Source of the DNA: Euglena gracilis
Taxonomy: Eukaryota
Assembly: GCA_039621445.1 (NCBI GenBank)
Contig: CP154954.1
Location: forward strand, 29,335,411-29,399,410
DNA: 64,000 bases
Reading direction: 5' to 3'
Shown here one piece after another: positions 11,175 to 22,179 of the stretch. A program made the translations under genes and the position numbers. Under the pieces are notes generated by a model, which had not been told where the DNA came from, ran no database searches, and was given only the letters and a program-made list of their open reading frames with translations. The stretch's first letter is position 1, and the number at the start of each line of letters is the position of its first letter.

Positions 11175-12089
11175 GTGGAACTTCAACTTCCTGACGGAAG
11201 AATTCAACTGGAACTGGAAGAAATTCAAGAAAAAAGAACAAGAAACACAACAGATATCGACAACTGGATTTCCATGAAGAATGAATTTCAAAGAAACTCT
11301 GAATGTCAAGAAGAACTGCAAAGAACTTTCAAGAAGTCAGCTGAAGCTGGGGAAGGTGGAGTCACAGCAGCAGCTGCAGAAGCTGGAGGGGCGGCAGCAA
11401 CTAGCCAGTCCGTGGCCATCGCAAACCCCCCACCCCCCAAGGCTTCTGAGATTTTCAAATCCCCCTCTCAACATGAGAATGGCCATGGACCATGGACAAC
11501 TGTGGTCAGGAAGAGAAGACAGAAGGGGAATACCATCACAGGTCCAACAGACTCCCCCCCCTTTTCTATGTCCACCCCCTTCCAGGGGACAAGACAAAGG
11601 CTATGGCAGCCTTTCAACAAATCGAAAGGATTCAAATTATCATGGCTATGGCAGCCATCAACAAAAAGGACCTGGGGTCCAAATTCAAGGCTATGGAAGC
11701 CATTATTCAAGAGGGCAGTGGGCCCAGGGGACAGGCTATGGCAGCCAGTACCCCAACCTGGAAAGAGCCCATTGGGGAAAGGTGTGTCCAACTTTCCCCC
11801 CAGCAATTTCAGACACAAACCCCCCAGGAGCGGCAAGCCAATGCCAAGAACAGGCCATGGTGGCCTTTATGGGAAATCAAGAGGGACAGAGAAGAGACAG
11901 TCCCAGAGAAAAGGCCAATGGAGGCCAAGCAAGCCTGAGAGCCAAGGGAGGCCAGAAGGCAAATGGTCGCCAAGCAGGCCTGAGTGCCAGGGGAGGCCAG
12001 AAGGCAAATGGTGGCCAAGGCAATCACCACATCAGCCCTTGGGGGGGAGGCCCAAGATTGGCTCAGACAGGCCCCCCCCCAGAAGATAA
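11175..12089 (+). CDS. gag-like ORF of the inner DIRS element (start uncertain)
   Basis: First ORF, overlapping pol. Motif GHGPWTTVVRK is shared with the outer element's gag (GHGPWQTVVRR). Confidence 0.6.
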   Translation: MELQLPDGRIQLELEEIQEKRTRNTTDIDNWISMKNEFQRNSECQEELQRTFKKSAEAGEGGVTAAAAEAGGAAATSQSVAIANPPPPKASEIFKSPSQHENGHGPWTTVVRKRRQKGNTITGPTDSPPFSMSTPFQGTRQRLWQPFNKSKGFKLSWLWQPSTKRTWGPNSRLWKPLFKRAVGPGDRLWQPVPQPGKSPLGKGVSNFPPSNFRHKPPRSGKPMPRTGHGGLYGKSRGTEKRQSQRKGQWRPSKPESQGRPEGKWSPSRPECQGRPEGKWWPRQSPHQPLGGRPKIGSDRPPPRR

Positions 12090-14205
12090 TCAGCCCAGCC
12101 CTGTATATACCCCCTCATTTCAGGCACAGACCTTCCCCCATCATTCACAAACAGGGGAAAAGCCTGTCTTTGGAAAGCCCTATGGCAGGGCCAGCTACAG
12201 CCCCAGTGATTGGGCAACCAGGGCAAGGGGAAGGACCCCAGTGATGGGGCCTGTGGAGTCCCCAGACACATTACACCCAGGGGTACCCCCTTACAAAGCC
12301 CTGCAGGCCAGCATCCCCCATTGGGTCAAGGCAGGAGCCAGCAGAGAGGTATTAAACCTGATAAGGGAGGGAGTTATGGCGGATCTTCCCCTCCCCCCTC
12401 AAATGTCCTTAAAAGTTCCCTTCAAAACTCCCCAGGAAGTAATGACTGCCCAAAAAATTCTGAGAGAATACGAATGTGCAGGGGCAACCAGGCAAATCCC
12501 CCCAGAGGAGGCAAAACATTTTGTCCCTTACTTCATAATTTCCAAAAAAGAAGGGGAAAAGACCAAGGAAAGACTGATTTCAGATTGTCGACAGTTAAAT
12601 CACTATTTCACCCCCCAGAAGTTCAGACTGGAACACATGGGAAACATTTTCCCATACCTAAGAAAAGGATGGTTCTGTGGAAAAATAGATCTGAAAGATG
12701 CTTATTTTCACCTAAAACTGCACAGCAGCCTGGAAAAACATGTCTGCATGCAAGTGGGGGGGGAAACTTGGCAGTTTCAAGCTGCATGTTTTGGTATAAG
12801 CAGCCTGCCACAAAAATTTATGACTCTCATGAGAGTCTGGGAAAGGAAGTGGAGAAAGGAGGGAAAGGTAGTTTTCATCTACCTAGACGACATTTTGCTG
12901 TTAGCCCCCAGCAAAAAGACTGCAGCCCAACATTTGGCAGAAATAAAGCAGGACCTTTTATTGGCAGGTTTCAGATTAAACCTCCCCAAATCCTGTCTGG
13001 AACCCACACAGGAAATAAAACATTTGGGCCAGTGGGTCAATTTGAAAAAGGGCCAGCTGGAAATCCCACAGGAAAAACTAAAATCCTTAAGAAAGGAGCT
13101 GGGAAAAGTGCTCACAGCACAAAAAATGAGCTGCAGAAAACTCAGCTCTATTGTGGGGCAGGTCAGAAGCTATTTAGTCTCCATGCCATTTCTCAGAATT
13201 CTGACAGATCAACTTTGCAAAATGGTGGATTTGCACACAAAGTGGGGTTGGGACCACACCCTAACCATTCCCCAGGGGGTCAAAGATCAAATTGTGGAGT
13301 TAAAAGCGTTTTTGCAGCCAGGTGTGGGCAGAGCCTTTCAATCCCAGGCCTCTCAGGATCTGTTTTCAGACAGCAGCACCTGGCAGTGGGGGGGGCTGGA
13401 CAAAAACTCAGGCCAAAAAGTGCAGGATTTCTGGAGGGACCTGCATGTCCTTCACATCAACCAAAAAGAATTGATGTCAGCAGTGGAGACAGTAAAAAGT
13501 CTGGCAAAACCAAAACAAACCATAATGCTTCATGTGGACAGCCAAGTGGCTGTAAGTTATCTAACAAAATGGGGAGGCAAAAAGCCCTACCTAAATTCCA
13601 TTTTAAAACCCCTGCTGTATCATTGCCAAGAAAAGCAAATCAATTTGCAGGTGGTTTGGGTTCCCACAAAAGAACAATTGGCAGACTCCCTGACCAGGGA
13701 GCAAAAGGACCCAGGGGATTATACCCTAAACCTACATATCTTTCACCAAATCCTGAAATTTTTCAGACAGGACATCACCCCAGAGGTGGACATGTTTTGC
13801 ACACCCAGCAACAAAAAATTCCCCAAGTTTGTTTGTCGATACCCCCACCAAGGGGCTTTGCTGGTGGATGCCTTGAAGGCAGATTTGGGGGGCCTCCCCC
13901 CAGTTTATGCAAACCCCCCCCTGGAGCATCATTCCCCAATGGGTTCAGAGATTAATGTTAAACCCAGACCTGACTTGTCTGTTGATCGTACCCCACTGGG
14001 CTTCAACATCATGGTGGCGCCAATTAATGGCAATCAGAAAGCCAGGCAGCAAAGTTTTGTTGGTACCCCCCCAATGGGGTCTATTCACCAACTGCTGGGG
14101 GGAGGAGATGCCCCCCCCCCAAGGTGGAAATTGGCCTGCTTGATTGTGTCAGGCAAATATTACAATCCCAGGAAGTTTCGATGTCCAGTATCGACACTTA
14201 CATAA
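11281..14205 (+). CDS. DIRS pol: reverse transcriptase - RNase H - N6-adenine methyltransferase
   Basis: RLISDCRQLN, KIDLKDAYFH, FIYLDDILL; RNaseH FSDSS..HINQKEL..HVDSQ..LADSLTR; MT EVDMFC..NKKFPKF..YANPP(W). Two compensating frameshifts fall in poly-C runs (~13915, ~14115). The true start is probably downstream of 11281. Confidence 0.93.
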   Translation: MNFKETLNVKKNCKELSRSQLKLGKVESQQQLQKLEGRQQLASPWPSQTPHPPRLLRFSNPPLNMRMAMDHGQLWSGREDRRGIPSQVQQTPPPFLCPPPSRGQDKGYGSLSTNRKDSNYHGYGSHQQKGPGVQIQGYGSHYSRGQWAQGTGYGSQYPNLERAHWGKVCPTFPPAISDTNPPGAASQCQEQAMVAFMGNQEGQRRDSPREKANGGQASLRAKGGQKANGRQAGLSARGGQKANGGQGNHHISPWGGGPRLAQTGPPPEDNQPSPVYTPSFQAQTFPHHSQTGEKPVFGKPYGRASYSPSDWATRARGRTPVMGPVESPDTLHPGVPPYKALQASIPHWVKAGASREVLNLIREGVMADLPLPPQMSLKVPFKTPQEVMTAQKILREYECAGATRQIPPEEAKHFVPYFIISKKEGEKTKERLISDCRQLNHYFTPQKFRLEHMGNIFPYLRKGWFCGKIDLKDAYFHLKLHSSLEKHVCMQVGGETWQFQAACFGISSLPQKFMTLMRVWERKWRKEGKVVFIYLDDILLLAPSKKTAAQHLAEIKQDLLLAGFRLNLPKSCLEPTQEIKHLGQWVNLKKGQLEIPQEKLKSLRKELGKVLTAQKMSCRKLSSIVGQVRSYLVSMPFLRILTDQLCKMVDLHTKWGWDHTLTIPQGVKDQIVELKAFLQPGVGRAFQSQASQDLFSDSSTWQWGGLDKNSGQKVQDFWRDLHVLHINQKELMSAVETVKSLAKPKQTIMLHVDSQVAVSYLTKWGGKKPYLNSILKPLLYHCQEKQINLQVVWVPTKEQLADSLTREQKDPGDYTLNLHIFHQILKFFRQDITPEVDMFCTPSNKKFPKFVCRYPHQGALLVDALKADLGGLPPVYANPPLEHHSPMGSEINVKPRPDLSVDRTPLGFNIMVAPINGNQKARQQSFVGTPPMGSIHQLLGGGDAPPPRWKLACLIVSGKYYNPRKFRCPVSTLT

Positions 14206-15070
14206 AAAATCTGGGAAATGTCAAGAGATATGATTCAGCCTTCAGGACATTGGTGGGCCAATTGTTGCACAAAGGGGTGCCCCTGCAGGACTGCACAGTC
14301 CACAAGATGGCCGAGGCCATCCTTGATTTGGCTGTTCACAGCCTCAACACTGCACGAAATGCATATGCAGCAGTTTTATTACTCCCAGGGTTTGGGTCAT
14401 TGAGGTTTTCCCCTCTTTTGTCTCCATTGAAAAGGAAATGGAATTCCAATGTCTGCAAGTATGCCCATTTCTGGGACCCCACTGATTTTCTAAACAACAT
14501 CATCAGACAATCAAGACCCCTCTCAGAACTCTCTGTGAAAGAGCTCAGAAACAGACTCATCATTTGTTGGAGGCTTTTGGCCCTCCACAGGGGGGTTGAT
14601 TTAGCCAGGACACAGCGAAAAATCAGTTTCGTGGGAGAAAAAATTTTCATTTTATTGCAAAGAAAAGGGTGGCAATTCCCAAGATGGGAGGAAGTTTTGA
14701 ATTTGCCACACACCCCCCTCATCAGAGCCTGGCATTTATTGAAAGAGTATGTGGAAAGGACAGCCCACATGGTTGGGCACAAGAATAATTTGTTATGGTC
14801 TTTGGATGGTAAACGACCTTTGACATCAGAAAGAGTGAATTCCCTTACCAAAGAAATTCTGCAAGAGGGGGGGGTGGACACCACCCACTGGAAACCCCAC
14901 AGCACCAGAGGGGCTGGGGTTTTATGGTGGAAAAATGCTGGGTTGCAAGTGGAAGAAGTCCAGCAGCTGGGTCAGTGGAAAAATTTTGGGGCCTTCCAAG
15001 CTCATTATTTGAGGCTGGGTGTCGTTTCAAAAATTCAAACAATTATGGCCCAAAAAGGGGTGCACAGTAC
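14181..15070 (+). CDS. Tyrosine recombinase
   Basis: Catalytic pattern in LHRGVDLAR, KPHSTRGAG, QLGQW and AHYLR. The frame stays open through the terminal repeats, so the true stop is unclear. Confidence 0.92.
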
Positions 15071-15170
15071 CTCACCATCTCGCAGTGCGGAGCCCGAATG
15101 GTCTCGGACTCCCACGACAGAGGAAGGGGGAGGAAGGGACCAAGAGGGCGAAGCACAAGAAGATGGTGAG
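15069..15170 (+). repeat. Internal copy of the right-end/left-end junction (split direct repeat B1-A2)
   Basis: 15069-15103 is identical to 15483-15517, and 15104-15170 is identical to 10882-10948. Confidence 0.95.
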
Positions 15171-15517
15171 CCCAACCCCCCCACCCAAAAATCCAGCAGA
15201 AAAAGAACAACATCCCAACCAGAAAAGGGACCCCCAACCAAGCAGCCCCAACCACCCACCCAGAAACACAGAAAGAGACCACCATCCCCATCACGGGGGG
15301 GGCCCCCCACCAAGCGACCATGGGAGAGGGGGGGGGGCGGGGCCACGGCGGTTCAGCTTCGCCAAGGTGTCGGAGGAGGCCTCAGCATCGCCAACTCCGG
15401 CAACAAAGGCGCAGTAAGAAGCACCCCCCGCGCACGCACAAACACACCAGAACAGAACAGCCGGCAAGGAAAGCAGGACCTCACCTCACCATCTCGCAGT
15501 GCGGAGCCCGAATGGTC

Positions 15518-16210
15518 GCCTGCTGGTGGTTGCTTCTGCCCCTGTCGGGGTCTTCTGACCACTGTCTGCCAGGGTCCGTGGCCATCACTTTGGAGGGTTT
15601 GGGTTCTGGAAATTTCTGCGGGGGAAATTTCACTTGGGAAGGGGCTGCCACGGTTCGCCACAGTCGACCCGCGCCGTCAGGTTGTCCAGCTGCTGCTGCT
15701 TCTGCTTTCTGTTGAAGTTTTCCAGCGCTTTGTATCTTTGAAGTTGCATCTCTCATTGAATTCCGTCGAAAAAATCAACAACTTTTGATTTGAAGTTCTG
15801 CACGAGCGTGACTTTACGGATGATTTGACTGGATTGATCGTCGTCGTCTTCTCTCAATTGGTGAGGTATTTGAAGTTCCTTTCTTCTGGGTGTCGAAGGG
15901 CAAATTAGGAGTCAGCCAACTCCGCCGAAAAAAGGCACTAAGCGGGACCTCCTAACCCAGCGCTCCAAACAGCCACAGCGCACCGCCGGCGAGCAAGGCA
16001 TGGCCTCACAAGGGCAAGGTGCGGAGCCCGAGGTGCCGAAAATTTGACTTCGACAGCCTACGGGATGCGGTGCCAGGAGGGCGAGAGGAGAGAGACCCAC
16101 CCCAAGGGCAAGCAGCCACGTCGCCATCGTCAGCCAACTCCGGCGAGGCGGCAGTGTTGTGTGATTGTTCGCTACGCTGGGTTAGGAGTCCCGGTTTGGT
16201 GCCAAAATCT
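15518..16210 (-). mobile_element. 5' part (terminal repeat region and gag N-terminus) of the outer DIRS element
   Basis: Reverse complement of 15890-15940 resembles 11010-11065 of the inner element. The gag frame rejoins 10880 as PAGD-HGHWSQ. The outer boundary is approximate. Confidence 0.8.
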
Positions 16211-19200
16211 TCCGCGGCACACGAGGTCACAAAATTTCCAGTGCCGCGGCGCGGGTAAAAAATTCTGCGGCGCACCGGTTGAAAGTATGGTGTTTAGACC
16301 TTTCGCCCCAGATCATTCAGCAACTATCCAGCCCAGCGTTCAAAGTTTGTTGGAAAAGGTGGCAGAATTTGCCGCCAAAAATGCAACAACAGTTTCTTGA
16401 ATAAAAAAAGGCTACAATATTTTTTAGCCTTTTCTGAAGTCCATTGGCACAAAAGCCTTTCTTAAATACCCAAAGCCGCAAATAATAGCCTTTGTGGGCC
16501 CGAAAATATTGGCCCACAAACAAAAGAATACCGCTTTTTTAATGCACGTCGAAAAAAAACCAATTTTTGCTCAACTCAGCCACTTCCGCACAAAAATTGT
16601 TCATTTAACTGGGTGTAGGTGCCTCTCAAGGCTGTCACGCAAATCACACAACGATTCAAAGATCGCAATAATGACCTGTGCCGCAAAAAGCAACTTGACG
16701 TTTAGTTTGGTTTTTTTTCCCGTTTGTGGCAGCCATAAGGACAGGGAAGGTAAGAAAGAGGAAATCGTTGGCAGCACTCAATGACACAATGGGCGATTAT
16801 CCAAGCCGACCAGCAAGGCAGAAATGCGGCTGGTTGGGCAGCTCTTGGACCGTGCAACTTTTCCCGAAGACCTGGGGGAAAGGTTTAAGGGTCAAAATTC
16901 ATAAAACCGCATGGCGGAGGGGTTGGGGGTTAAAAGGTTGGGAGGGGGGTTGGAGGGTTGAATGAGGGGGGCTTGGCCCCTTCCATGCCAGAAGTTAGCT
17001 GTCGGCCTCCCCCCTGAAGTTAGCTGTCGGCCTCAATTGTGATTTTGGACTCTAGTTCTGGGCCTTTTGGATTTGCAGAGGGCAATCCGTATCCGTATCC
17101 CACGGCAATCCATCCCACGTGGTCCAACGAGCACTCAGGTGATAAAAATTGCGGTGGTGTTCACTGGACAAAGGGGTTTCGAACAGACAAAATTCCATTT
17201 ACAATGGCCAAAATTCCGGTCGAATAGGGGGTGTTCGTTGGACCAGGGAATTTGGGCAACGGGGGGGGGGGTTGGCCCAAAGTTGGCTTTAATGCTGGGG
17301 GGAAAGGTTCTTTTTATCAGGGTTTTCTGGATCACAACTGACAATTTCCAAAGGAGCGGCACTGCCCACCAGGATCAAACGAAGCAACAAAAGATGACTT
17401 TCTGAAACATCCATTTCTTGAATGCTATTAAGCCAATTTTTAGGTCCAAACAACCACATGGCATATAGTGGAGCCCCGTACTTAAATGTGAGGTGCTGTT
17501 GGGGGTATGTGTGGGGGGTATTGGGGGTTGGTGCCGGTGTCTTGCACACAGTTTTTGAAACCGTGTATCAGAGGCTCTGGGTTCACGCCCGGACCGGTGT
17601 CTAGGAACGCACGGTCACGTATTCCTATCCTTGGCAGGTTTTTTCTTAATGTACGCCGGCCAGGTTACTCACCACCGTCTGCACCAGTGCACTGCCCCAA
17701 CCCCCCACACCAGCAGAATTTTTGGCTGGTCTCGAGGCTGTAATGTGGGGGTGGGGGTGGGGGTGGGGGCATGGTGGGTGTCTGGAAACATTGGGTGTTG
17801 CATGCGGCTGGTTGGGGTCTTGTTATTTTGGTTCTGGGGGGTCGGGGGGGGGGGCGGACGAGGCCAAATGTGGGGATACTGTGGGGGCTCCACTTTACGC
17901 CATCACCTCCTGCTCTTGTATAAGTGAGCTGACAAACCAGCTGCCGAGAAGGGGTCCTTGGTCGTTGGTTAGCAGATTGGCCGCAAAGACGGAAATCCCC
18001 TGGTTTCTGATTTCTTGATCTCGGAGATCAGGAGTTGTTTTTCTTCGATGAATTTATTTTTCTTCAGCTTATTGTTGCGAAGCAGCATTCATGCAATGGC
18101 GGGGGGATTTTATTTTGAAACCTGGATCCGGCTGCCGGCCATTCCGCTCAAGGGTGGAGATGCCTCCCTTCCCCAAACGTATCTCCAAAGCCAAAGCCTT
18201 GGGTGGGTGGGTAAGTGGGTGTGTAAATGCCCTTAAATTACAACTTTTGATCAAACCAGGGCACGAGAGGAACTTTCGATGACCATTTGAAAAAATGGTC
18301 CAATGTCTGCCCTGTGATTGCTTGCGAACCTATGTGCTGGGGATCACTTTCATTTGAACCAATATCAGCCGTTCTATTTCCACTTCCATCCCCCCAGGGG
18401 GGGGGGTCTGTCGGAGCCAAAATGCTCTCACTCACTAAGAAACACTCAAGCTCAAAACCCTTTTCATTCCTTTTGTGCTTTGGGGTGGAAGGTAATGCCC
18501 ACCCACTAAACCACCACATGCGCACATACACACCACCCTTTCGACGTGTTGTGCTCACATCCTGGCCACAGCCCAAGTGAGTTCCGTGAACTGCCAAGGG
18601 AATTGAGGAGCCAAAAGGGGGAGGGGTGAGAAGTCGATGTAAACTGCTGCGGGTAACATATAAATGAATGAGGTGGTCCCGTGGGGCCGGTCGATTTGGC
18701 TCAAAGGCAGGAGCCCTGGTTTGACCTTCATCCGGTATTTAATGGAGTCACAAGTCAATGCCGCAGGTCAACTTTAGGGATCCTTTGCTCGTGAGGAGGG
18801 GGTCAAGAGCATTGGGAACCCCGATCGAGGCTCGGATGCAACGGGGTCCAGTCCAAATCAATTTTTCAAAGGGGGAATGCCAATGCATTCCCCCTTTGAC
18901 AAGACATGAGACATTGACCATGGATTGCAAATTATCACAGGGGATGTAAATTTGGGGCAGATCTGCTGCACCTGAGGAACAGGTCAGGAATGTGGTTTTG
19001 TGTCGACGACTAACCCCGATGCACCCCCCCCCCCCCAGCCTGGGATGCAAGCCATCCCCTGGCCGCCAGTGCAAGCCAAGGTGTGGGTCAGGCCTGGATC
19101 AGGTTTCTCCAACCTGACTACCCCGGGGGTGACAACGGTGAACTGAAACGGGATGCGACCGGTGAAGGTCACCCCCATACCATTCACTTGTTCATGCTGT

Positions 19201-20026
19201 GTCAGAGGCCCAGGACGCGAGACAGAAAAAAATCTGGAGTTGGTTTCTTTTCCAGATTGGAAACTCAGAGGGATAATGCCCTCTGTCTGAAGGGCTGATT
19301 CCCACTTTTAGCCGGACAAACACTTTGGAGCGCCCCCCATTGCGTGCACTTTAAAAATTTCTCGGAGAAGCAGGGGGGCACCCAAACAAGCATCCAGGCC
19401 TGAAACTGACGACTCTTTGTACAACATGGGGAACCACCAGAGAGCAGAGGTTTGGGAGGAGGGGCGTAAAAGCGGGGTACCCTGCAGTCCCAGGAGGGAT
19501 GCAAAAAGGGTGGAATGGAGGCAGCCAGTGCTGGCCAGGGGGGGAGCAAAGGCATTCACTTAGGGGGGTGGCTTAAATTATACCCTAATGATCCATCCGA
19601 GAAACAGAAGGGTGATTGAGGATGAGTTGAAATATGAATGCCTTTTTTGTGGTGTTTTATCATAATTGATGATCTCTGGTCTTTCCTATTTTTCTTGTTT
19701 GCTAGAAAATGTTTTTTAAACACAATTACATCTCCGGTGTACTGCACACATTAATTATTTATGAAAGCATTTTTTTTTGATTACTGAAGCAATTTTTTTG
19801 GCTGTGCAGAGGTGCATTATCATCAAAACCACACTTGCTGAAAATGAAGAGGAAAATATGATGCCATTCAGGATGTAAGCTGCAAGAGGGTCTTTGAAAT
19901 TCCTCCAAAATATGAAGGCTCAAAACTTGGCTGGAGTTAATCATACAAATTTCATTGAAGATCCCAACCAAATAAACACACACACCAGGGTTTCCCACTG
20001 ATTCGTACTTGGGGACTCCTTTGCCC

Positions 20027-20946
20027 ATTCGTACTTATTCGTACTTATTCGTACTTATTCGTACCTATTCGTACTTATTCGTACTTCAAAAAAGGGCCAT
20101 GTATGGCAATGGGTGACCATTTGGTATGCTTCCTTGGGCACATCTTCAACGTTCTGAAACCGGGAAAAGCAAGGAAAACAGGTCATTCAATTGAGAAACT
20201 ATCTAAGTGACGAACTCATGCTGGCGAAATTTGTGAAGAAAAAAAAACGCGCTGTGAAAAAAAATACAAAACATTACAGGAAAAACACATTCCTTCTTTG
20301 CGACTGATGTTGTCCAGCATGCCATGCACGAACAAATACTCAAGATGAAACGAGCGGATTGTTCAATGGTGTGCAAAGCGTTCTTCGCAGTCACCATTGC
20401 AAAACATGCCAACGGCTGCTTGCCGAAGGTTAGATGACATGCGTTGGCGGTTTTTGACATCAATCAGTCCTGCCAAACTGAAAGACCGTTCAGACCAGGG
20501 CAATTCAATTTTGTGAGCCACACTTTCTTCCCGCTCAAGGATTTCCTTATGCTCGCAATGTGTGTGGTATACACTCTGTCCACTGACCGGTGCAAACCAC
20601 TCCCCTCTTTCACACTGCCATGTACAGATGTGTACTTTCGGATGAGTCCCCTGATGGATGGATGGTCTAACTTGTTGATGGGCAAACCTAAAAATCATTT
20701 TCGGAGGGAAAAGAGGACATGAGGCGTCCTGCAGCGTAAGATATGCATCACATACAGAGAAGTGTGAGGGGCCCTTCAACTCAGTGCACTGGTGTAGAAA
20801 ATTGTACCTTTTTCTACTTGGCAATTCGTACTTATTCGTAACTGGGGAATTTTTCATTCGTACTTATTCGTACTTATTCGTACTTATTCGTATTTTGGCA
20901 CATCTCGGCAATTCGTACTTATTCGTACTTATTCGTACTTATTCGT
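20027..20946. repeat. Two blocks of (TTCGTACTTA)n decamer: 20027-20086 and 20826-20946
   Basis: Directly visible tandem decamers. Confidence 0.85.
20440..20700 (-). pseudogene. Decayed hAT-like (CGGBP1-related) transposase fragment
   Basis: PINKLDHPSIRGLIRKYTSVHGSV...IRKSLSGKKVW resembles the IPLxKxDHPxxRxFL segment of CGGBP1/hAT proteins. Matched from memory only; stop codons are present. Confidence 0.45.
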
Positions 20947-21038
20947 GTACGAATCAGTGGGAAACCCTGCACACACACACAAACACACACCCCCCCACCC
21001 CTCCCCCCACACATCCACCCCCCACCCCCCCACCCACG

Positions 21039-21077
<39 letters not shown>

Positions 21078-22179
21078 GCTTTTAATTTTCTGGTTATCTG
21101 TGCCAAATGTCACCAGCAAAAATTCTTGAACATTCCATCTCTTGTTTGAACGTTTTCCTGGCTCGTCCATTGCGGAGGCGAGCCTCCTTCACTTCCAGTG
21201 CTTCTCGGAAGCTGCCCTCTCCTACCAGGGTGGCCACATGGGGTCTCATCCCGCTCAGTGCCTGCCACGCCACACAGACACACCGAACACAGCAGCTGGG
21301 GCCGCAGCACATCGCTCCGACCAGGCTTCGTTGTAGCGACCCGGGGGTCTGCCCACAATTTTCCGGGGGGGGGGGGGGTTGGATGTGACTGAGAAAGTTG
21401 AAGAGGAAATAGTTATTGTCAGCCCTCAGGTGGGTGGGGCGTTGCACCCTGCTTAAATGCTTTTCATGTGCCACAGCAAAACGGGGTATGTCTGGGATTT
21501 CTCCCATAAATTTACCCAGCGAACCCTGGGAGAGGGGGTAGGTATCCACTTTTTTTCGAAACCCACCACAATTCCATACGCACTCGGCCTGTCCATGTTC
21601 ATCTCCATCCATCTATTTGCTCAATCTCCAGCTGGGTTCGGCAACACATCCCCTGGGGATGAGGGGCCCCAAAACCACCACACTCTTAAAAAACTCAAAA
21701 TCCGATGGGGGGGTCAAGCAAACGAGTCAAATAATTGCTTTCAAAAAAACAAAAATGGATGCAAGAAGCCATGGAATGTCGGTTTATGCAAATTAATCAA
21801 ACAGGTGTGCACCCCCACCTTCCCTTCGGGGCCAGACATTTTTTTTCTTTTCAAGAGAAAGAAGCCTGATTCCGACCAGCAAGTGGACCACTCGTGAGTC
21901 AAGCCGGCCCACACAGCACGGTGGAACGACCCACCGAGGCTACAGCTCCGCACGGGGGAGGGGCAAAGTCGGCCGTCACCCCCACACCCTACACACGCCG
22001 CACACCCTGCCCAACAGGGCAGAAAAGGTGGATGGACGCTCACAGGGCGAGAAATGGCGCGAACCCGGGACCCCCCCCCACCCTGCCACCTCCTGCCCCT
22101 CAGACCCCACACCAAACTTTGTGTAGTGATGTGCCTGATTGCCAGGAGGCAGCAGAAGCATACGGTTGCTGGCGGCCTT

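Larger units (their letters stand above)
10881..15517 (+). mobile_element. Near-intact DIRS-type tyrosine-recombinase retrotransposon
   Basis: gag, RT-RNaseH-MT and YR ORFs overlap in different frames. ITRs at 10939-11042 / 15390-15494. Internal junction copy at 15069-15170. TGGT core at both ends. Confidence 0.95.

Noticed and set aside
15070-15788. C-terminal extension of the 554-aa recombinase ORF
   Set aside because: It reads through terminal repeats and into the antisense strand of the host element; probably not real protein.
18400-19560. Possible decayed retroelement coding region (similar character at 33590-35700 and 57500-57960)
   Set aside because: CpG-poor and TE-like, but no convincing motif could be read in any frame.
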